The notes under the pieces were generated by a model. The model made no database searches. It worked only from the letters and a program-made list of their open reading frames with translations, and was not told where the DNA came from. A stretch of 38,739 bases of DNA from an uncultured Verrucomicrobiota bacterium (lineage in GTDB: Bacteria > Verrucomicrobiota > Verrucomicrobiia > Limisphaerales > BOG-1460): assembly GCA_964520205.1 (NCBI GenBank), contig CAZFOA010000004.1:1-38739 (forward strand). Reading direction: 5' to 3'. This document shows positions 16,431 through 24,867 of the stretch, in pieces (the stretch's first letter is position 1; every line of letters begins with the position of its first letter). Made by a program: the position numbers and the translations under genes.

Positions 16431-16505
16431 GCCGGTGTAGCTCAACGTTAGAGCGGCTGATCTGTAATCAGCAGATGGAGTGTTCAATTCCTCCCGCCGG
16501 CTCCA
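16431..16505 (+). tRNA. tRNA-Thr(UGU)-like gene with encoded CCA and non-canonical core features (possibly non-proteinogenic or decaying)
   Basis: I folded the cloverleaf by hand. The acceptor is GCCGGTG/CGCCGGC, the D stem GCTC/GAGC and the anticodon stem GCTGA/TCAGC. The anticodon loop is TCTGTAA, the T loop TTCAATT, and the 3' end is discriminator T plus CCA. Deviations: the D loop AACGTTA lacks GG, position 33 is C, and the T-stem 5' strand GGAGTG has one more nt than CCTCC. Confidence 0.6.
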
Positions 16506-16571
16506 TTTTGTCCGTTTTATCCAACCCTGAAGTCTTCAGCTCATAGCCTGGTTTCTTTGGGGAAAAGTTCC

Positions 16572-18368
16572 ATGCCCGCCGCCGCCATAAACACACGAAA
16601 TCAAAGCCCTGAGCCTCGGACCGGCCAGGAGCCGGCGCAAGTTTCCGGAGGCCTGACCGATCTGCAAATGGGCTTCGGAATCCGATGGTTGTGCCGGGAA
16701 AATTCCCCCGTAGTCTGGCGAACGGCATGGAATGAACGCCGGGACGTGTGCCTGCATTTCTCGGGTGAACATTTTATCGACCCGGAAAAAATGCCCGGGC
16801 GCACGACGGAAGGACATCGGTGGGACGGAGACGGAACCGCTTATCTGGTCCGACGGTATGAGGAGCTGGGACTCGATTTCCTGGCCGGGATCAACGGCTG
16901 GTTCAGCGGTCTATTGATTGATTTTCGCGTGAAGAAGGCGGTGCTCTTCAATGACCGCTACGGCCTCGGTCGCATTTATTATCACCAAAACTCCGAGGCC
17001 TTCTTTTTTTCTTCCGAAGCCAAGTCGCTCCTCGCGGCGCTGACTCGGACCCGAAGTCTGGATGAACGGGGATTGGCGGAATGGCTGAGTTGCGGTTGCG
17101 TGCTGCAGGACCGCACCTTGTTCTCCGGCATAGCGCTGCTGCCCCCGGGTTCGGCCTGGACTTTTTCGGCGGATGGCAGTCTGCAAAAGGACCGTTACTT
17201 CAGTCCAGAGACCTGGGAGTCCCAACCGCCGCTTTCGCCCACCGAGTACTACGAGCGCCTTCTGGAAACATTCCCCCGAATCCTGAAACGGTATGGCGAT
17301 GGACCGAAGAAAATTGCCATGTCGCTGACCGGCGGGCTGGATGGGCGGATGATCATGGCCTGGTCTCCGTTCGGCCCGGGCGAATTGCCCTGTTACACCT
17401 TCAATGGCCCGGTCCGCGACTGCGCGGATGTGAAGCTTGCGCGCCGGGTGGCGCAGGCCTGCGGGCAGACGCATCAAACCCTCACGCTCGACGATCCATT
17501 TTTCACCGAATTCCCGCAACTTGCCGGGAAAGCGATTCTGGCCAGCGACGGAGCCATGGACGTGACCGGAGCCGCCGAGTTGTATCTCAACCGCCTGGCT
17601 CGGCAGATCGCCCCGATCCGGCTCACGGGAAATTATGGCTCGGAAATTCTGCGCCGCCATGTCGCTTTCAGGCCGCGCGCGCTGCCCGGTGAACTTTTCT
17701 CGCCTGATTGTGGGCAGCTCATTCAGACCGCCGCCCGGACCTACGCCCAGGAAGCCGCCGGCAATCGTCTCGCGTTCATCGCCTTCAAGCAGGTTCCGTG
17801 GCACCATTTTTCACGCTTCGCCGTCGAGCGGTCGGAACTGGCCGTCCGCTCGCCGTTCCTGGACAATGATCTTGTGGCCCTGGCGTTCCAGGCTCCGCTT
17901 GAGTCGGCGGCCAGCCTGGAACCCACGTTGCGCCTGATCGCCGATGGCAATCCCCGGCTCGGCCTCATTCCCACCGACCGTGGCGTGACTTACCCGGCCG
18001 GCGGGGCGGCCAATCGCCTGCACCGTTCCGTGGCGGAATTTCTGGCGAAGGCCGAGTATGCCTGCGATTACGGCATGCCCGGCTGGCTGGCACGAGCGGA
18101 CCGATGCCTGACTCCGCTGCGATTGGAACGATGGTTCCTGGGCCGCCAGAAGTTCTGCCATTTCCGAAGTTGGTATCGCCGCCCGCTCGCCGGTTTCGTC
18201 AAAGAAGTTCTGCTGGATCCGCGTTCGCGCACCCGCTCCTACCTGAACGGATCCGCGCTTGAACCGATGGTTGCCGGTCATATTCGCGGCACCCGGAATT
18301 GCACCGTGGAAATCCACAAGCTGCTCACGCTGGAATTGATCCACCGCCTGCTCCTCGATCCTTCATGA
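16572..18368 (+). CDS. Asparagine synthetase B-like adenylating enzyme lacking the N-terminal glutaminase cysteine
   Basis: AsnB-like blocks are present: FSGEHF (GEIYN-like), INGWFSGLLIDFRVKKAVLFNDRYGLGRIYY and FFSSEAKSLL. The PP-loop-like motif is SLTGGLDG. None of the possible starts (TTG 16557, ATG 16572, ATG 16668) is followed by Cys. Confidence 0.85.
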   Translation: MPAAAINTRNQSPEPRTGQEPAQVSGGLTDLQMGFGIRWLCRENSPVVWRTAWNERRDVCLHFSGEHFIDPEKMPGRTTEGHRWDGDGTAYLVRRYEELGLDFLAGINGWFSGLLIDFRVKKAVLFNDRYGLGRIYYHQNSEAFFFSSEAKSLLAALTRTRSLDERGLAEWLSCGCVLQDRTLFSGIALLPPGSAWTFSADGSLQKDRYFSPETWESQPPLSPTEYYERLLETFPRILKRYGDGPKKIAMSLTGGLDGRMIMAWSPFGPGELPCYTFNGPVRDCADVKLARRVAQACGQTHQTLTLDDPFFTEFPQLAGKAILASDGAMDVTGAAELYLNRLARQIAPIRLTGNYGSEILRRHVAFRPRALPGELFSPDCGQLIQTAARTYAQEAAGNRLAFIAFKQVPWHHFSRFAVERSELAVRSPFLDNDLVALAFQAPLESAASLEPTLRLIADGNPRLGLIPTDRGVTYPAGGAANRLHRSVAEFLAKAEYACDYGMPGWLARADRCLTPLRLERWFLGRQKFCHFRSWYRRPLAGFVKEVLLDPRSRTRSYLNGSALEPMVAGHIRGTRNCTVEIHKLLTLELIHRLLLDPS

Positions 18369-19261
18369 GCCTGCCGCACCTTTGCATTTGCATCTGCACC
18401 TGCGGCCGGCCGCGCCTGCTCGAACGATTGCTGCGCGACATCGCGCGCCAGGACACGCGTGGCGAGTTCACTTTTTCGGTGGTGGTGGCCGACAACGACG
18501 CGGCGCAATCCGCGCGCGCGATTGCCGAGGCCTGCGCCCGCGAATGTCCGCTGGCGCTCACGTATGTCGTCGAGCCCGAGCGGAATATTGCGCTGGTCCG
18601 CAACACCGCGGTAGCCAATGCCACCGGCGATTTCCTGGTCTTCATCGATGATGATGAATTCCCGGTGCCGGATTGGCTTTTGAACCTGTTCCGCACCTGT
18701 GAAGCGCGCCAGGTTGCCGGGGTGCTGGCGCCGGTCATGCCGCATTTCGAACAGACTCCTCCCCGCTGGATCATCAAGGGCGGCTTTTATGACCGGCCAA
18801 CCCATCCCACCGGATTCGTCATGCCGTGGCAGGAATGCCGCACGGGCAATGTCCTGTTGCGGCGGAATATTTTCGACCCGGCCGAACCGCCTTTTCGCCG
18901 TGAATTCGGGACCGGCGGCGAGGATCAGGACTTCTTCCGGCGCATGATTGACAAAGGGCATCGGTTCGTGTGGTGCGACGAAGCCATCGCTTTCGAGGTC
19001 GTGCCGCCCTCCCGCTGGAGCCGGCGGTTCATGGTGAGCCGGGCGCTGCTGCGCGGCAGGAACTCGCTCCGGCACCGCCGCAACCGCGGTCGCAACCTGC
19101 TGAAATCGGCGGTCGCCATACCGGCTTATACGCTGGCTCTGCCGGTTCTGCTCGTCGCGGGGCAGCACCATTTCATGAGATACCTCGTCAAACTGGCCGA
19201 TCATACCGGCCGCCTGCTCGCGTCCGTGGGATTGAACCCGGTTCGGGAACGGCGCATGTAG
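18365..19261 (+). CDS. GT2-family glycosyltransferase
   Basis: The start is trimmed to MSLPHLCICICTCGRP, which overlaps the AsnB-like stop as ATGA. GT-A signatures are VVVADNDAAQS and FIDDDEF. Confidence 0.85.
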   Translation: MSLPHLCICICTCGRPRLLERLLRDIARQDTRGEFTFSVVVADNDAAQSARAIAEACARECPLALTYVVEPERNIALVRNTAVANATGDFLVFIDDDEFPVPDWLLNLFRTCEARQVAGVLAPVMPHFEQTPPRWIIKGGFYDRPTHPTGFVMPWQECRTGNVLLRRNIFDPAEPPFRREFGTGGEDQDFFRRMIDKGHRFVWCDEAIAFEVVPPSRWSRRFMVSRALLRGRNSLRHRRNRGRNLLKSAVAIPAYTLALPVLLVAGQHHFMRYLVKLADHTGRLLASVGLNPVRERRM

Positions 19262-19331
19262 CCGGCATCCGGCGCCCGCACGTCTCGGACGCCATCCCTT
19301 TGGTACCCCTGCTTCTCCTCGATCCGCTGAC

Positions 19332-20753
19332 ATGACTTCCCGGCTGATATTATTCGCGTGCCTCGCGATGTTTTGGTGGCTGATCAAGCGCGACATCGCT
19401 TGGCGCCAGGGACTTTCCAGGGCGATTTGGATTCCGACTTTATGGGTGGGAATCCTGGCGTCGAGACCGCTTTCGACCTGGCTCGGGTTCGGCGGCGTGC
19501 GGGAGGACCTCGAATCCGCGACGGCGGGAAGTCCCATCGACATGCTCGGATATTTGAGCCTGATTGTGGCAGCGGCGGTGGTTCTGAACCGGCGGCGGTT
19601 GAATTGGGGCGTACTGATCAACCGGAACTGGCCCGTATTTCTGTTTTACGGGTATTTGCTGGTGAGCGTGGTGTGGGCCAACAACCCCTTTGTCTCTTCG
19701 AAGCGTTGGTTCAAGGAATTCGGCAACATTCTCGTGGGCCTGGTCATCCTGACCGAGGTCAATCCCGAGCAGGCGCTCCGGGCGGTGTTCGTCCGCTGCG
19801 GCTATCTGCTGATCCCGCTGTCGCTGGTGTTCATTCGCTATTTTCCGGATTGGGGCCGGCGCTACAACGTCCATTCCGGCGAACTGGAAGCCATCGGTGT
19901 GACCTTTCAGAAGAACTCGCTCGGGGCGATGGTGCTGGTCTGCAGCCTGGTGATCCTTTGGGATTGGTTTGAACTGCAGCGGACTCGCCACCAGCAAGGC
20001 GGAAAGAAGCGGCGACTGGATTCCGGCGTCCGCTTGGCCTTGCTGGCCATCGCCGTTTATCTGCTTCATCTTTGTGACAGCAAAACCTCGATCGTTTGCC
20101 TGATGATGAGCGCCGGCATTCTCACCGCCACCCGGTTGCCGCTGTTGCGCAAGCGCCTGGCTGCCCTCTCCGGCCTGGCGGTGGCCGGGATCGCTGGGTT
20201 TTTCATCCTGGATCAAATGTTTGGCATCAAGGAAATGGTGGTGCAAAGCCTCGGGCGGGACATGACGTTCACCGGCAGAACGGACGTCTGGCAGGTGCTG
20301 TTGAAAGTGGGAACCGACCCGTTGATCGGAACCGGATTCTGCAGTTTTTGGGACGACCCGTCGTTCCAATCCAAACTGCCCTATTGGGTCGCCTTCTCCG
20401 CGCACAATGGCTACCTGGAAATCTACCTCGGCGGCGGACTCGTGGGCTTGTGCCTCCTGGCGGTTATGCTGGGCGCGACCGGCGTTCGCATCAACCGATC
20501 GCTGGCCCGGGGCGGCGATTTCGCCGTCATGCGTTTTGCCGTGTTTGTGGTGACTCTCATCGCCAACATTTCCGAATCCAATATCGCCGTCATGACGCCC
20601 GTAGGCTTTCTTTTCCTGCTGGCGGCCATCGGCCAGGCCGGACCGGAGCGGGCCCGGCAGCCGGCCGGAGCCTCCGCTGCCCGCAAGCCGACGGGACCTT
20701 CCGGCGGCGGCGAGGCGGATGAACCCGCTGTTTGCTCGCAGCCATCGCGATGA
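19332..20753 (+). CDS. O-antigen ligase/polymerase family membrane protein (Wzy_C domain)
   Basis: The protein has 10 or more predicted TM helices. The characteristic loop region ends in FSAHNGYLEIYLGGGLVGL. The C-terminal tail is low in complexity. Confidence 0.8.
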   Translation: MTSRLILFACLAMFWWLIKRDIAWRQGLSRAIWIPTLWVGILASRPLSTWLGFGGVREDLESATAGSPIDMLGYLSLIVAAAVVLNRRRLNWGVLINRNWPVFLFYGYLLVSVVWANNPFVSSKRWFKEFGNILVGLVILTEVNPEQALRAVFVRCGYLLIPLSLVFIRYFPDWGRRYNVHSGELEAIGVTFQKNSLGAMVLVCSLVILWDWFELQRTRHQQGGKKRRLDSGVRLALLAIAVYLLHLCDSKTSIVCLMMSAGILTATRLPLLRKRLAALSGLAVAGIAGFFILDQMFGIKEMVVQSLGRDMTFTGRTDVWQVLLKVGTDPLIGTGFCSFWDDPSFQSKLPYWVAFSAHNGYLEIYLGGGLVGLCLLAVMLGATGVRINRSLARGGDFAVMRFAVFVVTLIANISESNIAVMTPVGFLFLLAAIGQAGPERARQPAGASAARKPTGPSGGGEADEPAVCSQPSR

Positions 20754-21568
20754 GCGCCCCCGAAACAATCCCGGCACGGATCATCCAGACGGGGAAGAGC
20801 CGCGATTTGCCGCTCCTCGCCCGGGCGGCGGTGGCCAACCTGAAATGCCTGAACCCGGGATTTGAATATCTCTTCTTTGATGATGCGGAAGTGGATGCTT
20901 TCGTGCAGAAGGAATACCCGCAATATCGCGAGGTTTTCGACCACTTCCGCTTTCGCATCCAGAAATATGATTTTTTCCGCTATCTCGCCGTCTATCACTT
21001 CGGCGGTTTCTACTTTGATCTGGACGTTTTTCTGGCAACCAGCCTGGAGCGGCTCCTGTCCCGCGAGTGCGTGTTTCCGTTCGAAGAACTGACGTTGAAC
21101 CGGCACCTGCGTTCGCACCATGGCATGGACTGGGAAATGGGGAACTATGCCTTTGGCGCCGCGCCGCGACACCCGTTTTTGAAGGCGGTGATCGAGAATT
21201 GCGTCAAAGCGCAACGAGATCCCCAATGGGTTTTGCCCATGTTGAAAGGCGTGCCATTCTTTTTCCGATCCGAGTTCCAGGTCCTGAACACGACCGGCCC
21301 CGGCCTGGTCACCCGAACCTTTGCGGAAAATGCGCGGCTGGCTCAGGGCGTCACCATCCTGTTTCCGGACGACGTTTGCGATCCGCGGAACTGGCATCAA
21401 TTCGGCGATTTCGGCGTTCATTTGATGCACGGCTCCTGGCGGGAACGGGGGAATTTCCTCTGGCGCCGCCTGGCGTGCCTGTGGGAGGCCCGGGTCCAGA
21501 AGCAGTTGATGGTGGAAAGCCGCAAACAGGGAAAGACGCGCACGATCCCGGTGGCGCAACCGCAATGA
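20750..21568 (+). CDS. GT32-like glycosyltransferase (DXD sugar-binding motif family)
   Basis: The N-terminus reads IPARIIQTGKSRDLP. The family signature is FFDDAEVDAFV...YDFFRYLAVYHFGGFYFDLDV. The ATG at 20750 overlaps the upstream stop as ATGA. Confidence 0.8.
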   Translation: MSAPETIPARIIQTGKSRDLPLLARAAVANLKCLNPGFEYLFFDDAEVDAFVQKEYPQYREVFDHFRFRIQKYDFFRYLAVYHFGGFYFDLDVFLATSLERLLSRECVFPFEELTLNRHLRSHHGMDWEMGNYAFGAAPRHPFLKAVIENCVKAQRDPQWVLPMLKGVPFFFRSEFQVLNTTGPGLVTRTFAENARLAQGVTILFPDDVCDPRNWHQFGDFGVHLMHGSWRERGNFLWRRLACLWEARVQKQLMVESRKQGKTRTIPVAQPQ

Positions 21569-22341
21569 AGCTCACGCGTCCCTGGGCCCGAGCGCGGCAA
21601 GCCCTCCAGCGTCGCATGGCGAAATGGTGCGGGCGCCGCTCGTTTACCCTGCCGGAAGGCCGGGCTCTGGTTTCGTTCAGCTTTGACGACTTCCCGAGGT
21701 CGGCGTTGTCCAACGGGGGAAACATCCTGGAACGGTTTGGCCTGGCAGGCACTTATTACGCCTCGTTCGGATTGATGGCGCAAACCACGCCCACCGGCGA
21801 AGCGTTTCTTCCGGACGACGTGAAACCGCTGCTCAACCGCGGGCACGAACTCGGTTGCCACACGTTCGATCATTGTCCCGCCTGGGAAACGGAGCCTTCA
21901 ATTTTCGAAGCTTCCATCAACAAGAACCGGGAGGCTTTGCACCGGCTTGCGCCCGGAACGGAGTGTCACACCCTTTCTTATCCGATCAGTTATCCGCGCC
22001 CGGACACCAAGCGGCGGGCAGCCACGCATTTCGCCTGCTGCCGGGGCGGCGGCCAGACTTTCAATGCGGGCCGGATGGACTTGAACTATCTCTCGGCCTT
22101 TTTTTTGGAGCAAAGCCGGGACCAACCCGGGGAGGTCAAGGCGCTCATCGAGCACAATCGCCGGGCCGGCGGCTGGCTCATCTTCGCCACGCACGACGTT
22201 TGCGAGCGGCCGACCCGTTACGGTTGCACACCCGGTTTTTTTGAAGACATCGTCCGGCATGCAGTGGAGTCGGGCGCGGAAATCCTGCCGGTATTCCGGG
22301 CCTGGGAGGTCATCCGGGCGCGCGCCGGGAAGCAGCCATGA
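21565..22341 (+). CDS. Polysaccharide deacetylase (CE4, NodB homology domain)
   Basis: The start is trimmed to MKLTRPW, with an ATGA overlap. NodB motif 1 is FSFDDF and motif 2 is GCHTFDH. Confidence 0.8.
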   Translation: MKLTRPWARARQALQRRMAKWCGRRSFTLPEGRALVSFSFDDFPRSALSNGGNILERFGLAGTYYASFGLMAQTTPTGEAFLPDDVKPLLNRGHELGCHTFDHCPAWETEPSIFEASINKNREALHRLAPGTECHTLSYPISYPRPDTKRRAATHFACCRGGGQTFNAGRMDLNYLSAFFLEQSRDQPGEVKALIEHNRRAGGWLIFATHDVCERPTRYGCTPGFFEDIVRHAVESGAEILPVFRAWEVIRARAGKQP

Positions 22342-23417
22342 ATGCGGAAGTGCACGAAGCGGCAACGACCGGCGCCGGTTTCTCCGGGCAGCGAACGCCG
22401 TCCGATCCCCGGTTGCCGGCGCCGGCTCTTTCGAACCCGCGCAACGGGGCTTTGGACTTTACCAAGGGAGCGCTGGTGCTTTGCATGGTGGTTTACCATT
22501 GCTTCAACTATTTCTACCGCGATCAGAACGTCCTGAAGTATCTGCACTTCCTGCCCCCGTCATTCATTTTCATCACCGGTTTTATGATTACCGGAATTTA
22601 TCTGGCGAAGTATGACCCCGGCGACGCGCGTCTGCATGGGCGGCTTTTTGTTCGAGGCCTCAAGCTGCTGGCGATTTTTGTCGGCTTGAACCTCGCCGTA
22701 AACCTGCTTTTCCGCTCGAACTACGACCAACGGCAGCTTGGGTTGGCATCTTTTGTAACGCAATGGGAAACGGTCTTCCTCACGGGCGGCAGCCGGGCGG
22801 CGGTGTTCGAGGTGCTGCTGCCCATCAGCTATTTGCTGTTGCTCATGGGAGTCCTGCTGAAGGGGTACCGGTTGATTCCGAATTTTCTGCAGGCTGTGGC
22901 GGCCGTCACGGTGATCGGATGCCTGATTCTGGCCTGGCAGGGTCGATTGCCTGCCAACCTGGATTTGTTAAGCATGGGGTTGCTGGGCATTGTGGCCGGG
23001 TTCGTTCCCCGGCCGCGGATTGACCGTTTCACCAGCCATCTGGCCGCATTGGGACTGGCTTACCTGGCCTATCTGGTGGTCATCAGCATCTGGTATCCGA
23101 CTTACGCCCTGAACATCCTGGGCATCTGCCTGACGCTGGCGCTTTTCTACGGAGTGGGGGTTCAGTCGGGAGAAACGGGGTTGTTTCAGCGCCAGATTAT
23201 CCTGCTCGGCAAATACTCGTTGCTCGCCTATATCGTCCAGATCGGAGCGCTGCAGGGACTGCTTCGGGTTATGCGTCACCTCGATTGGAGCGCCGGCCGG
23301 CTGCCGGTGGCTTTGATCGCGACTTCGCTGCTCATGCTGGCAGCCATCGAAGCGGTGGACTATGCCAGAACCAAATCGGGGACCGTGAATCTGGCCTACA
23401 AAGCGGTTTTCGGGTGA
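22338..23417 (+). CDS. Polytopic membrane protein, acyltransferase-3/DUF1624-like
   Basis: The ATGA overlap marks the start. The N-terminal signature is LDFTKGALVLCMVVYHCFNYF, followed by FIFITGFMI and LGKYSLLAYIVQ. There are about 9-10 hydrophobic segments. Confidence 0.55.
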   Translation: MNAEVHEAATTGAGFSGQRTPSDPRLPAPALSNPRNGALDFTKGALVLCMVVYHCFNYFYRDQNVLKYLHFLPPSFIFITGFMITGIYLAKYDPGDARLHGRLFVRGLKLLAIFVGLNLAVNLLFRSNYDQRQLGLASFVTQWETVFLTGGSRAAVFEVLLPISYLLLLMGVLLKGYRLIPNFLQAVAAVTVIGCLILAWQGRLPANLDLLSMGLLGIVAGFVPRPRIDRFTSHLAALGLAYLAYLVVISIWYPTYALNILGICLTLALFYGVGVQSGETGLFQRQIILLGKYSLLAYIVQIGALQGLLRVMRHLDWSAGRLPVALIATSLLMLAAIEAVDYARTKSGTVNLAYKAVFG

Positions 23418-23420
23418 GTC

Positions 23421-24860
23421 ATGCTTTTTAACTCTCTAAAGTTTGCGGTGTTTTTCCCGCTCGTTTGCTGCCTTTACTTTGCGGCACCGAACCGGGTTCG
23501 GGTGGGGCTGTTATTGGCCGCGAGCTGTGTGTTCTACATGGCGTTCATCCCGATTTACATCCTGATCCTGCTTATCACGATCCTGATCGATTATGTTGCC
23601 GGGATTTATCTCGAGCGGGTTCAAGGCAGGGCGAGGATTGCTTTGCTTTGGGTCAGCATCATCTCCACGTGCTGCGTGCTTTTCGTCTTCAAGTATTTCG
23701 GGTTTCTCACCGGCAATTTTGTCGGATTGGCCTCGTTGGTGGGGTGGCATTTGCCGCTGCCGACCTTGCATTTCATCCTGCCCATCGGTCTTTCGTTTCA
23801 TACCTTCCAGAGCCTGAGTTATGTGGTGGAAGTCTATCGCGGCAAACAAAAGGCGGAAAAGAACTTCATCGTCTACTCCACCTACGTCATGTTCTTCCCC
23901 CAATTGGTGGCGGGACCGATTGAACGCCCCCAAAACCTGTTGCATCAATTCCGCGAGGAGCATCCCTTCGATTATGCGAGAATCACCAGCGGTCTCAAGC
24001 GCATGGCCTGGGGATTCTTCAAGAAACTGGTGGTGGCGGATCGCCTGGCGCTCTATGTCAACGACGTTTACGCCGTCCCGCAGCAGTACAACGGCCTGCA
24101 GTTGTCCGTGGCCACGGTTTTCTTTGCCTATCAGATCTATTGCGATTTTTCCGGCTATTCCGATATTGCGATCGGCGCGGCGCAAGTGCTTGGATACCGG
24201 CTCGTGGAAAACTTCAACACGCCCTATTATTCCTCATCGGTATCCGAATTCTGGAAGCGCTGGCACATCTCGCTGTCAACCTGGTTCCGGGACTATCTTT
24301 ACATTCCCCTGGGAGGCAATCGGGTCGGTGAAGCGCGCCACGTTTTCAACCTGCTCGTGACATTTGGCATCAGCGGCTTGTGGCACGGGGCGAATTGGAC
24401 GTACGTCTTCTGGGGGCTGCTAAACGGATTCTACCTCATCGCCGGAAGAGCCACGGAAGGAACGCGCGACCGCCTGTTCGGCTGGATCGGCATTGCCGCA
24501 ACCGGCCCGACGCGGCGCCTGACAAAAGTCGCAACCACTTTCGGGCTGACGCTGGTGGCCTGGGTATTCTTTCGCGCCCGGAGCTTTGGGGACGCCTGTT
24601 ATGTGATCACCCATTTTGCAAAGGGCTGGGAGTTCGGCGCACTCGAGACCCCACATTTTCAGATGAAGCACTTTCCCGCCGCCGTCGCGGCGATTGTGGT
24701 GCTCGAGATGATTCAGCTCTTCAGGCCGAGGATACCGGACGCGTTTCGTCTGTCGAATATGCCCATCGCCATCCGGTGGGCGACCTATCTCGCGTTTGTT
24801 TTCACCGTCATCCTGTTCGGCGTGTATCAAGCGACGCAGTTCATCTATTTCCAGTTCTGA
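23421..24860 (+). CDS. MBOAT-family membrane O-acyltransferase (AlgI/DltB/PatA-like)
   Basis: The N-terminus is typical: MLFNSLKFAVFFPLV. Conserved regions are FWKRWHISLSTWFRDYLYIPLGGNR and ISGLWHGANW, the latter containing the catalytic His region. Confidence 0.9.
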   Translation: MLFNSLKFAVFFPLVCCLYFAAPNRVRVGLLLAASCVFYMAFIPIYILILLITILIDYVAGIYLERVQGRARIALLWVSIISTCCVLFVFKYFGFLTGNFVGLASLVGWHLPLPTLHFILPIGLSFHTFQSLSYVVEVYRGKQKAEKNFIVYSTYVMFFPQLVAGPIERPQNLLHQFREEHPFDYARITSGLKRMAWGFFKKLVVADRLALYVNDVYAVPQQYNGLQLSVATVFFAYQIYCDFSGYSDIAIGAAQVLGYRLVENFNTPYYSSSVSEFWKRWHISLSTWFRDYLYIPLGGNRVGEARHVFNLLVTFGISGLWHGANWTYVFWGLLNGFYLIAGRATEGTRDRLFGWIGIAATGPTRRLTKVATTFGLTLVAWVFFRARSFGDACYVITHFAKGWEFGALETPHFQMKHFPAAVAAIVVLEMIQLFRPRIPDAFRLSNMPIAIRWATYLAFVFTVILFGVYQATQFIYFQF

Positions 24861-24867
24861 TCTGTTC

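Noticed and set aside
22099-22106. The T8 (22099-22106), T7 (17004-17010 and about 22233) and C7 (15338-15344) homopolymers as additional phase-variation sites.
   Set aside because: They are shorter than the G9 tract. T runs encoding Phe-Phe are common in membrane and enzyme genes, and the C7 run is intergenic. They are not distinctive enough to flag separately.
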